Below are positions 36,603 to 44,870 of a DNA stretch of 44,870 nt, piece after piece. Origin of the DNA: Pseudomonadota bacterium (lineage in GTDB: Bacteria > Desulfobacterota > Desulfobacteria > Desulfobacterales > Desulfobacteraceae); the NCBI GenBank assembly GCA_018812385.1, contig JAHJDU010000410.1:1-44870 (forward strand). The letters are read 5' to 3'. The notes under the pieces were generated by a model that saw nothing but the letters and a program-made list of their open reading frames with translations, was not told the DNA's origin and did not search any database. Made by a program: the position numbers and the translations under genes. Within the stretch, counting starts at the first letter, position 1. Each line of letters starts with the position of its first letter.

Positions 36603-37914
36603 AGATAAAACGCAATTAACTCTGGATGCCATGGAAGGGCAAAAGAGGTTTTATATATGGATCACTTGTCTTCTTTCCATGATCCTTTTGTGCGGATTTG
36701 CCCTGTTGGCCTCTCTTGTTTTGAGCATGGAAATTTTGGAATTCTCAATAAAAATTCCCTGGGCAGGCATGATTGCAGCCTATGTGTTCCTGGTGGCGTC
36801 AGGATCGGGGCTTTGTATTATTAATGCCCTGGGACCGGTTTTCGGTATGCACCGTTATGAGATTATGGGCAAACGCATAGCATTTTTATCTCTTACCCTG
36901 ATTGTTTTTGGAATGCTGTTCATTGTGCTTCATCTGGGGCATCCGGAGCGCATGCCCATCTACAATGCCATTTCCCCGAATTTTCGATCTGCCATTTCAT
37001 GGATGGGGGCATTATATTCTGGATACCTGATGTTTGTCGGCCTGGAACTATATTTACTCATCAGGCCTGATCTTTACAAAAAAGCAATGACGTCAAATGG
37101 CCACATAAAAACCATATTGACAATTTTGACACTAGAAAAATTTAAAGATTCATATGTTGTTAAACTTTTGGAAAGCCCGAAGTGTCATCAAGTGATCGGC
37201 ACCCTGGCTTTTGTGGCAGGAATCTCTGCTTTATCCATGTTAGGTTCAGTCTTTGCCCACTCTGAATCACGTATCCTCTGGTATGGGCCCTATTACCCGG
37301 CTTATTTTATTGTGTCAGCAATTTTTTGCGGGTATGCTTTTCTTATTATAATGACCATTATTTCCTATAAAACTTTTAAAGATCCCATGCCGGCTGAAGT
37401 GAAATCTCTGATCTTTGAAATGGCGCAGGTTTTGGCCCTGCTTTTGGCTGTGGGATTGCTCTTCATAGCCTGCCGCATGGCTTTGGCACTTTTCAACCCT
37501 TTGCTACAGGGGCCGGTTCTTTTGCTGTTGACAGGTCCGTTTAAAATTGGATTCTGGGGCGGTGAAATAATGCTTATGAGTATTCTTTCCGTCTTTGTGC
37601 TGCTTTGGGGATCAGTAAAAAAGAGTCTGGCCTACGTTCTTTCAGGCTCTGTGATGGTCCTTGCCGGGGCCTTTGTGATGCGGTACCAGTTTGTTGTTGC
37701 AGGTCAGATTTTTCCAAATATCAGGGAAGGTCTGCCATCCTATTTGCCCACCTTGATGGAAATTTTTGTTTTAATTGGTGTTTTTGCGACTTTTTTCCTG
37801 GTATATACGTTAGGAGAAAAGTATCTCTCATTAAAAGAAACCATATCTTGTTCTATGCCGGAAAAAAGGAATGGAGTAAAAGGGAGCATACAATTCAACA
37901 GGAGAGAAAGATGA
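36586..37914 (+). CDS. NrfD/PsrC-family integral membrane quinol-interacting subunit
   Basis: PW...IAAYVFLV, LHLGHPER, PNFRSAISW and FVMRYQFVVAGQ. About 10 TM helices. Confidence 0.88.
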   Translation: MIQRIKDKTQLTLDAMEGQKRFYIWITCLLSMILLCGFALLASLVLSMEILEFSIKIPWAGMIAAYVFLVASGSGLCIINALGPVFGMHRYEIMGKRIAFLSLTLIVFGMLFIVLHLGHPERMPIYNAISPNFRSAISWMGALYSGYLMFVGLELYLLIRPDLYKKAMTSNGHIKTILTILTLEKFKDSYVVKLLESPKCHQVIGTLAFVAGISALSMLGSVFAHSESRILWYGPYYPAYFIVSAIFCGYAFLIIMTIISYKTFKDPMPAEVKSLIFEMAQVLALLLAVGLLFIACRMALALFNPLLQGPVLLLLTGPFKIGFWGGEIMLMSILSVFVLLWGSVKKSLAYVLSGSVMVLAGAFVMRYQFVVAGQIFPNIREGLPSYLPTLMEIFVLIGVFATFFLVYTLGEKYLSLKETISCSMPEKRNGVKGSIQFNRRER

Positions 37915-38588
37915 AAGATTTTGAAACCCTTGTCAGCGAATCAGCCCGGATACACGGGCATTTATGTCCGGGCCAGGTGGTTGGCGTCCGCATGGCCATG
38001 CTCGGGTGCCGTCTGATTGGACTTGATGATCCCCAATGTCATACTCAAATAAAAAAGCTCATTGTGTTCATCGAAATGGACCGTTGCGCAGGGGATGCTG
38101 TGGCTCACGTTACCGGAGTAAAACTGGGAAGGCGGAGTCTGAAGTTTATGGATTACGGGATTATGGCAGCCACATTTATCAATCTGGAAACAAATAAGGC
38201 TTTTCGGATTATTTCAACAGAAGAAGCACGTGAGCTTGCACCATTTTATGCTCCAGACATTGTGGGTAAGTCAGCTCAGCAGTTAGAAGCATACAAACTA
38301 ATGCCGGACAGTGTTCTGTTCAGGGTCCAAAGGGTAAATGTTCACCTTGATGAGCATGATATGCCCGGCCCTACCCGAAAAAAAACAACCTGCAAACGAT
38401 GCGGTCAGGTTGTGCGTGATCAACGAGAGGTAATGATTGACAAAGAACCTGTCTGCCAGCCATGTACTGATAACGCATACTTTTCAGATGCCCATGAAAT
38501 TACTTGGGAGCATATGGATTGGATCCCCAATAATGGGATGGATATTTTTGATGAGCCGCTTAACAAAACAACCATAAAAAGATCTTAA
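37911..38588 (+). CDS. FmdE-family protein with a C-terminal zinc finger
   Basis: ATG at 37911 overlaps the NrfD stop. Motifs HGHLCPGQVVG, EMDRC..DA and CKRCG...CQPC. Confidence 0.88.
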   Translation: MKDFETLVSESARIHGHLCPGQVVGVRMAMLGCRLIGLDDPQCHTQIKKLIVFIEMDRCAGDAVAHVTGVKLGRRSLKFMDYGIMAATFINLETNKAFRIISTEEARELAPFYAPDIVGKSAQQLEAYKLMPDSVLFRVQRVNVHLDEHDMPGPTRKKTTCKRCGQVVRDQREVMIDKEPVCQPCTDNAYFSDAHEITWEHMDWIPNNGMDIFDEPLNKTTIKRS

Positions 38589-38601
38589 AGGAGACATTGC
38601 C

Positions 38602-39633
38602 ATGCTTAAAAAAGTTTCTGTTCAAAAAGCGGTTGGTACTCGCCTCGCACATGATATTACTGAAATCCGTCCTGGTGAATTTAAAGGCCCGGCATTTAAA
38701 AAAGGACATCTTGTATGCAATGAAGATATCTGCCACCTTCAGAAGCTTGGGAAAAATCATCTCTATCTGATTGATCTTGCAGAAGACGAAATCCATGAAA
38801 ATCAGGCGGCAAGAATTCTGGCGCAAGGTCTGGCAGGAATTGGTGTAGAATGGAAAAACGACCCCAAAGAAGGAAAAATTACTTTGCATGCTGCATTTGA
38901 CGGCATTCTTTCCATCAATATTGCATCATTGGCTGCATTTAATATGGTTGATGAGGTCATGTGTGCGACCTTGCATAATCACAGCCTTGTTAAAAAAGGC
39001 GATCTGGTTGCGGCAACCCGTGCAATTCCTTTGGTCATGAAACGTGCACCCATTGAACGTGCTGCCTCCATTGCATCCCATTATGAAGGTACTATCAAAG
39101 TCAAACAGATAAAAAATCTGAAAACAGGGTTGATTATAACTGGAAGCGAGGTTTATGACGGATTGATTGAAGATGGGTTTGCACCAGTGCTGTCAAAGAA
39201 AATTAATGATCTTGGCTCCCAAATCTTAAGCGTGGAATATACGCCTGATGATTCTAATCTTATCAAACAGGCTATTGAAAAATGCATAGATTCAGGGTGT
39301 GATCTTATCTTAGTAACCGGAGGAATGAGTGTTGATCCCGATGATGTGACCCGTATGGGTATTTCTCAGGCAGGTGCAACCGAGATGCATTATGGGACTG
39401 CGGTCCTGCCGGGCGCTATGTTTCTTGTGGCATATATAAATGATATACCGCTTTTAGGTGTGCCTGCCTGTGGGCTGCACCACCGCATTACTGTTCTGGA
39501 TCTGGTCCTGCCAAGAATCATGGCAGGAGAACATATCGGCAAAAAAGAACTGGCATTTTTTGGTCATGGCGGACTTTGCATGGATTGTAAGGAATGTACG
39601 TTCCCCCATTGTCCCTTTGGTAAAGGTGTTTGA
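38602..39633 (+). CDS. MoeA-like molybdopterin-binding protein
   Basis: LAHDITEI, IITGSEV, TGGMSVDPDDVT, YGTAVLPGAMF and C-terminal CMDCKECTFPHCPF. Confidence 0.85.
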   Translation: MLKKVSVQKAVGTRLAHDITEIRPGEFKGPAFKKGHLVCNEDICHLQKLGKNHLYLIDLAEDEIHENQAARILAQGLAGIGVEWKNDPKEGKITLHAAFDGILSINIASLAAFNMVDEVMCATLHNHSLVKKGDLVAATRAIPLVMKRAPIERAASIASHYEGTIKVKQIKNLKTGLIITGSEVYDGLIEDGFAPVLSKKINDLGSQILSVEYTPDDSNLIKQAIEKCIDSGCDLILVTGGMSVDPDDVTRMGISQAGATEMHYGTAVLPGAMFLVAYINDIPLLGVPACGLHHRITVLDLVLPRIMAGEHIGKKELAFFGHGGLCMDCKECTFPHCPFGKGV

Positions 39634-39686
39634 TCTTTTTAGTCATTTCACTGGGCAGACGAAGTCTTTGAAAAAAAAGGTGAATA

Positions 39687-40550
39687 ATGAGCATTAACTC
39701 TATGTCCCGAGCAGTCAGCCTTCTTAAATTTGTCATCAATTTTATTAATAAAAAGATAGAATTCACAAAGGCTGCAAAATCTGTCTTTGTATTGGGTCTC
39801 ATTTGTTTTCTAGTGCTTCTTCCCTTTACTGCAGGGGCTTGCGGCTGGGCAGGAGATGGGGAGTCAGATGAAAATGGTGAAGGAACTATCTGGGTTGGAG
39901 CTGAAGGCAAACCCATTGAAGAACAAACAAATCCAATAGATGATCCTAAGTTTCAAACAAGAATAGGCAATAGCTACAGAAAAGCCAAGGACTATATAGA
40001 AGCCGTTCGATGGTTTAGAATGGCTGCCTCACAGGGATTTGAATCGGCCCAGAACAATCTTGCTGCAATGTATGAACAGGGATTGGGCATTGCCAGGAGC
40101 GATGTTTTAGCGGCGCAATGGTATCTTCTGGCTGCTGAACAAGGGAATGCAAAAGCACAGCACAGCCTTGGCCAGATGTACTTGGAGGGACGGGGTGTAC
40201 AACCTGATAAACAGCTGGCATCAAAGTGGATATTAAAGTCTGCTGAAAACGGACATGTTTCTGCCATGAAAGAAATTGCTGACATGTTCTGGGAAGGTCA
40301 AGGTGTTTTAAAAAATGATATCAAGGCCTATGAATGGTGGAAACTTTCCTCCATGCATGGTGATGGGTCCAGTGATAACTCCCTTGAGATGGCCAAAACA
40401 AAAATGGATATCAAGGCAATTGCAACAGCGGAAAAATCCTTTGCGGTTTCCCATATTCCGCTTAAAAAGCAGACGGTTTTGGGCCTCTATTTAACAGCAA
40501 AGGCAGGCTATGAGAAATGGAAAAAAATCCTGACAAAATCAAAATTATAG
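39687..40550 (+). CDS. Sel1-repeat protein (N-terminal part of a frameshifted Sel1-rhodanese fusion)
   Basis: Repeats AQNNLAAMYEQGLG, AQHSLGQMYLEGRGV and AMKEIADMFWEGQGV. The C-terminus already encodes the start of a rhodanese domain. Confidence 0.75.
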   Translation: MSINSMSRAVSLLKFVINFINKKIEFTKAAKSVFVLGLICFLVLLPFTAGACGWAGDGESDENGEGTIWVGAEGKPIEEQTNPIDDPKFQTRIGNSYRKAKDYIEAVRWFRMAASQGFESAQNNLAAMYEQGLGIARSDVLAAQWYLLAAEQGNAKAQHSLGQMYLEGRGVQPDKQLASKWILKSAENGHVSAMKEIADMFWEGQGVLKNDIKAYEWWKLSSMHGDGSSDNSLEMAKTKMDIKAIATAEKSFAVSHIPLKKQTVLGLYLTAKAGYEKWKKILTKSKL

Positions 40551-40933
40551 ATACCCGTACAATAGGTGAGTATATTTTTGTAGGCCATGGTTCTATGGCA
40601 TACAATATTCCTGTTAAATTTCTACACTCAAAGCAAAAATCGGGATCTATAATGCTTCTTAATGAAAACTTTGTATCTGATGTTAAAAAGAAATTTAAAG
40701 AAACAGATACTATTTTAGTCATGTGCCGTTCAGGGATGCGAAGTGCATTAGCGGTTAATATACTGGCCCGGACCGGATTTATAAAAGTTTATAGTATCAT
40801 AGACGGATTTGAAGGAGACAAACTTAAAAATTCTGAGAGTTCCAACAATGGTAAACGAGTGATCAATGGATGGAAAAATGCCAATGCTTCCTGGACGTAT
40901 GATCTAAATCCGGAATTAATCTACAGTCCCTGA
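40517..40933 (+). CDS. Rhodanese-like sulfurtransferase domain (C-terminal part of the split fusion)
   Basis: IIDTRT..EY..VGH, active-site loop MCRSGMRS, IIDGFEG and NGWKN. Confidence 0.78.
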   Translation: MEKNPDKIKIIDTRTIGEYIFVGHGSMAYNIPVKFLHSKQKSGSIMLLNENFVSDVKKKFKETDTILVMCRSGMRSALAVNILARTGFIKVYSIIDGFEGDKLKNSESSNNGKRVINGWKNANASWTYDLNPELIYSP

Positions 40934-41053
40934 GCCGGAATTTGATATCACCGGGATTCTATATCAATTGTTTGCAAGGTAACCGCAGAATAAGTTTTTT
41001 CTTATAGTTCTCCTTGAATCATAACATTTTAAGCCAACTTCAGAGGAAGCGTT

Positions 41054-42322
41054 ATGAAAACAACTTCAAGGATTAATATTTCCTGGCTAATACTCTTATT
41101 CTTTTTTGTGGTCGGCTGTGGACCTGATTCAGGGCAGACCACACTTGACATAAAGGGAATACTGTCAAAAACAAAAACGTATGTTGGCTCCTCAGAGTGC
41201 AAATTCTGCCATCTGGAGCACAACCACTCTTGGAAAAATACCCTCCACAGCCGAACACTTCAGGATGTAACAAAGAATCAGGATGCCTTGATTGTAGAGT
41301 TCGATCCTGAAGTTATCAGAGCCGATCTTGAAAAATTTGAAGGAAAGCTCAAAGTTTCAATAGATAAAATCCATATCCCAAAAATAGAGGATGTAAAATA
41401 TACAATGGGAATGCAATGGGAGCAAGCTTTCCTCATTGAGAAAAACAAAATTCTATATGTGGCTCCAATTATATACAATGCAAGAGATAACAAGTGGTAT
41501 AGCCACAATGAAGATAAATGGGATAAAGAACCCTGGATAGAAAAATGCGGCGGATGTCATGCAACAGGCGTAGACTTAAAAGAAAATAGATTTTCTGAAC
41601 CACGCATAGGTTGTGAAGCCTGCCACGGTCCAGGCTCACACCATGTCGCCTTACCTGAGACAGCTGTTTTTGAAAAGCATAGTACCATAGTGAATCCATC
41701 TAATCTCCCTGCCGCTTTCAGAACTCAAATTTGCGGCTCCTGTCACAGCCGGGGCAGATCAACCAAAGTAAAAGGAGTTGACTGGCCAGTACAATACTTG
41801 CCCGGTCGGAGTCTGGACATATATTATGAACCTGTTTCCCCGAGTTCAGGGGGGGAGGAATTCTTTTATCCCAACGATTTTGCAAAGGGTCGCTATATGC
41901 AATTCAATGACTGGAAGAAGTCGGCCCACGCAAGAGCGGGAGTTTCCTGTACTTCCTGTCACTATGTCCATCGATTGGGTGTACCACCTACGCAGTATCA
42001 GACAAAAGGAGCAGGCTCCCAACAATGTCTGTTCTGCCACAAATTGATCAATAACAACATGGCACATTCCATTCACTCGTTTGCCAATTGTATTGGCTGC
42101 CATATGCCGAAAATTTCTCAAAACGGAGGAGCCGGGATAACACATTCCCATGTATTCAACACTATTTTGCCAAAAGATACTTTGAAAAACCCAGAGGTTC
42201 CCAATTCATGCCAGAACTGTCATAAACATAAAGATACGGATCTTATGACCTTGCAAAAACTTTATGACAGTCTAACGCAAAAAACCCTGCTGCGTGTTCA
42301 TCAAACCCCGCCTAGATGGTAA
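41054..42322 (+). CDS. Lipoprotein octaheme cytochrome c, paralog 2
   Basis: Lipobox VVGC and 8 CxxCH (CKFCH, CGGCH, CEACH, CGSCH, CTSCH, CLFCH, CIGCH, CQNCH). Colinear with 34430-35719. Confidence 0.9.
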   Translation: MKTTSRINISWLILLFFFVVGCGPDSGQTTLDIKGILSKTKTYVGSSECKFCHLEHNHSWKNTLHSRTLQDVTKNQDALIVEFDPEVIRADLEKFEGKLKVSIDKIHIPKIEDVKYTMGMQWEQAFLIEKNKILYVAPIIYNARDNKWYSHNEDKWDKEPWIEKCGGCHATGVDLKENRFSEPRIGCEACHGPGSHHVALPETAVFEKHSTIVNPSNLPAAFRTQICGSCHSRGRSTKVKGVDWPVQYLPGRSLDIYYEPVSPSSGGEEFFYPNDFAKGRYMQFNDWKKSAHARAGVSCTSCHYVHRLGVPPTQYQTKGAGSQQCLFCHKLINNNMAHSIHSFANCIGCHMPKISQNGGAGITHSHVFNTILPKDTLKNPEVPNSCQNCHKHKDTDLMTLQKLYDSLTQKTLLRVHQTPPRW

Positions 42323-43840
42323 ATGATGGGGGTTTCAATAAAATATAAATCCGTTGTAACAGGATTTGTCCTGTTGATTTTGTTTGCCTCTTATCCATCA
42401 CAAGCACACAAGGATGTCACATCAGAGATCTACCGTTATCAGCAGCAGGAAGTCATCAATCGGCAGTCTGCCGCACATGAAGTCAAACCCATAATATCAC
42501 ACCCGCCCACAGCCAGGGTACCCATAGATAGAAATAAGTTGATTGAAATCTCTCATAGGGCAGATAAAATACAGCATCGCAGGTATATGACAGATTCCCA
42601 TCTGGAACTCAGATTTTATCAATTTCGTTCCTGTATTGACTGCCATCCCAGGCAGGCCAACAACCTGCATAGGGTCAGGTCCAAAATCACATGCCGGCAG
42701 TGCCACGGCGAGGAGCCCATTGCCGGAACAAGGCATTATTACTCTTCAATGCATCCCATCCGCCGGTTTGCCGTTGTATGCGCCAAATGTCACAAAGGCG
42801 CCAACGCATCTTTTGCAGCCTATGTGGTTCATGAGCCCAATCCTGCCCTCAAAACCACACAAAAGAATTTTCCATTACTTTTTTATGTGTTCTGGGCCAT
42901 GGCTGCTATTGCCACAGGCACGTTTGCAATCTTTTTACCCCATACCATATTGTGGGGCATACGCGAATTCTGGCCGAACAAAAAAATTATAAAAAACGAA
43001 ACCTGTACCAAAAGAAAACAGATTAAACGATTTACCGCAAGCCAAAGGGTATTTCACCTTGTCCTGATGCTTTCTTTTGTCACCCAGGCAGGAACCGGCC
43101 TGTCCCGGATGTATGCGGGTACGGACTGGGGATACTTTTTAATATTTTTATTCGGCGGTTATACACGAGCACTTTTTATTCATAAGATAGTAGGAATTTT
43201 CATGCTTGCAGCCCTTGCTTTTCATCTGGTATATATTTTAAAAAAGGTTAACCTGAAAAATTTACCAAATAGTTTGTATGGACCTGATTCCCTGCTCCCC
43301 CGAATAGAAGATGCCAGCCAGGCGGTTAGGCACGCTGCATGGATTGTAGGGCTTGGGAAATGCCCTAAATTTGATCGTTGGACCTATTGGGAGAAATTTG
43401 ATTACTGGGCTGTTTTCTGGGGCATCAATATTCTTGGCATCACAGGCCTAATCCTTTATAGCCCGGTGTTTTCGAGCCGTTTTATACCAGGCTGGACAAT
43501 TAATGTTTTCCTGTGGATTCATCGTATTGAAGCTGTTCTGGCTATGGGCCATGTCTTTATCATACATTTTTTTATCGGACATCTGAGACGGCATCATTTT
43601 CCCATGGATTTGACCATGTTTGAAGGCAGCATTGATATACAAAAACTGCAACATGAACGATCTTCCTGGGTTGACCGATTAGAAGCAAATGGAATGCTAC
43701 CTGGCTTAATAGTTAAAAGAACGTCGGTCTTTTGGCGTCGGTTCTATTATCTTTTCGGGAGTATTGTGTTAGTTTTATGCCTCTATCTTCTGATCAATGG
43801 GATACTAAATGCCGAAGAGTTAATAAGGATATTTAAGTGA
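42323..43840 (+). CDS. Cytochrome c / cytochrome b fusion (CbcL/FdnI-like quinol oxidoreductase)
   Basis: 3 CxxCH (CIDCH, CRQCH, CAKCH), then TM helices with b-heme His (RVFHLV, FIHKIVG, WIHRIEA...HVFIIHFF) and RWTYWEKFDYWAVFWG. Confidence 0.85.
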   Translation: MMGVSIKYKSVVTGFVLLILFASYPSQAHKDVTSEIYRYQQQEVINRQSAAHEVKPIISHPPTARVPIDRNKLIEISHRADKIQHRRYMTDSHLELRFYQFRSCIDCHPRQANNLHRVRSKITCRQCHGEEPIAGTRHYYSSMHPIRRFAVVCAKCHKGANASFAAYVVHEPNPALKTTQKNFPLLFYVFWAMAAIATGTFAIFLPHTILWGIREFWPNKKIIKNETCTKRKQIKRFTASQRVFHLVLMLSFVTQAGTGLSRMYAGTDWGYFLIFLFGGYTRALFIHKIVGIFMLAALAFHLVYILKKVNLKNLPNSLYGPDSLLPRIEDASQAVRHAAWIVGLGKCPKFDRWTYWEKFDYWAVFWGINILGITGLILYSPVFSSRFIPGWTINVFLWIHRIEAVLAMGHVFIIHFFIGHLRRHHFPMDLTMFEGSIDIQKLQHERSSWVDRLEANGMLPGLIVKRTSVFWRRFYYLFGSIVLVLCLYLLINGILNAEELIRIFK

Positions 43841-43993
43841 CCGAGTATACAGTATGTTTCACAGATTTGCCTGAGTTTGTTATAAATGGGGAAAATGCCA
43901 ATATTAACAAAATCCCCAAATAGAGTGATTTGGCCTGCGGATTACCAGTTTTTCCTTATAATTTTTCCGTATTGGGATATAAATAATAGACAC

Positions 43994-44135
43994 AGCTTGG
44001 GATACAAAGTTCAAACCGCCACGACACCGCAAGATGCTTTAGATCGGTTTGCCTTAAATCCCCATCATTTTGATCTGGTTATAACGGACATGACCATGCC
44101 CCAGATGACGGGTGTTAACTTATCTGAACAAATCG
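43994..44135 (+). pseudogene. Internal fragment of a response-regulator receiver domain
   Basis: SLGYKVQTATTPQDALDRFALNPHHFDLVITDMTMPQMTGVNLSEQI is the centre of a hybrid-kinase REC domain. The flanking ORF sequence is unrelated. Confidence 0.7.
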
Positions 44136-44160
44136 TTCTGTGTCAGGATAAAATAAATAC

Positions 44161-44205
44161 TTGTATTGTATCTCATTTGGGTATACTATTGAGGCTCAAT
44201 TTGAG
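44161..44205 (+). promoter_or_regulatory. Sigma70 promoter and autoregulatory operator of the TA operon
   Basis: TTGTAT-N17-TACTAT (44161-44189), with overlapping palindromes ATTGAG-G-CTCAAT (44188-44200) and CTCAA-T-TTGAG (44195-44205). Confidence 0.6.
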
Positions 44206-44213
44206 GTAATATT

Positions 44214-44501
44214 ATGAAATTTTTAAGCGTAAGAGATCTAAAAACAAAATCGGCACAAGTTTGGAAGGAACTGCCGGGCCAAAAGGAAATGATCGTTACC
44301 AGTAACGGTAGACCGATTGCCCTCCTTTCATCAATTAATGAAAACAATCTTGAACAAGTTTTAATCGCATTTCGTCATGCTTGCGCAACTAACGCTGTTG
44401 CATTAATTCAATACGAATCAGCTCAAAAAGGGACCGAGAATATATCCATGGATGAAATCAATGCCGAAATTGGAGCAGTAAGGTCTAAGCGGAAAAAATG
44501 A
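44214..44501 (+). CDS. Phd/YefM-family antitoxin
   Basis: MKFLSVRDLK...IVTSNGRPIALL and a C-terminal MDEINAEI.AVR. Confidence 0.85.
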   Translation: MKFLSVRDLKTKSAQVWKELPGQKEMIVTSNGRPIALLSSINENNLEQVLIAFRHACATNAVALIQYESAQKGTENISMDEINAEIGAVRSKRKK

Positions 44502-44870
44502 AAATCGTATTGGACACAAATGTTCTTGTCTCTGGCTTGCTTACTCCCTATGGTACAAGCGGTGAAATTGTTCGGATGGTATCCGCAGGGGAGCTTATTT
44601 TATATATAGATGCACGCATTTTATCAGAATACCAAGAGGTTCTTCACCGTCCAAAATTCAAATTCAATAAAGAGCATATCAGTATTTTGCTTGATTTTAT
44701 AAAACTATATGGACAATTTGTTTCGGGTTTGCCACTTAAGAACCGATTGCCCGATCCAGACGATGAGCTATTTCTCGAAGTTGCCATTGCTGGAAAAGTA
44801 CGGTCCTTAATCACAGGAAATATTGTCCATTACCCTCCTTCATCCAGGGAGGGTATAAAAATATTTTCTC
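44498..44870 (+). CDS. PIN-domain (VapC-like) toxin, 3' truncated by the window edge
   Basis: Manual translation MKIVLDTNVLVSGLL...ILSEYQEVL.RPKF...DPDDELFLEVA...LITGN. ATGA overlap with the antitoxin stop. Not in the ORF track. Confidence 0.88.
   Translation, partial: MKIVLDTNVLVSGLLTPYGTSGEIVRMVSAGELILYIDARILSEYQEVLHRPKFKFNKEHISILLDFIKLYGQFVSGLPLKNRLPDPDDELFLEVAIAGKVRSLITGNIVHYPPSSREGIKIFS

Noticed and set aside
37605-37910. N-terminal 102-aa extension of the FmdE ORF
   Set aside because: Overlaps NrfD in another frame. The ATG at 37911 has an RBS, an ATGA coupling and matches the family start.
1-44870. CRISPR array, tRNA/rRNA, IS element or prophage
   Set aside because: No regularly spaced repeats, RNA gene signatures, transposase, integrase or phage genes were seen. 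The two TA modules alone do not establish a mobile element.

Overview
AT-rich anaerobic bacterial DNA. The gene content fits a sulfate-reducing deltaproteobacterium (Desulfobacteraceae-like), which is an inference. Left half (1-24 kb): a Doc toxin-antitoxin pair, argG, an orphan Fe-S/Fe-S/MetV-like operon with its own palindromic operators, a sigma54 pspF-pspABC locus, two divergent peptide (Dpp/Opp) ABC operons (one coupled to azlCD), a Na+/Pi cotransporter with a structured 5' leader, and a glycyl radical enzyme matching trans-4-hydroxy-L-proline dehydratase (HypD) with its activase. Right half (24.4-43.8 kb): a co-oriented respiratory cluster of about 19.4 kb. It encodes an AioX/ArrX-like oxyanion-binding lipoprotein, a membrane-anchored one-component sigma54 activator, a ~12-heme cytochrome, a Tat-exported Fe-S subunit, an Arr/Anr/Psr-type molybdoenzyme with an unusual CX2CX3D FS0 motif and a TorD chaperone. 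It also encodes two octaheme paralogs, NrfD and CbcL-like quinol-oxidising modules, FmdE and MoeA-like maturation genes, and a frameshifted Sel1-rhodanese fusion. My best hypothesis is a metalloid-oxyanion (antimonate/arsenate-like, Anr-type) respiratory system with an unusual regulator and electron-delivery chain. The window ends with a receiver-domain remnant and a Phd-PIN toxin-antitoxin pair. I saw no rRNA, tRNA, CRISPR array or transposase.
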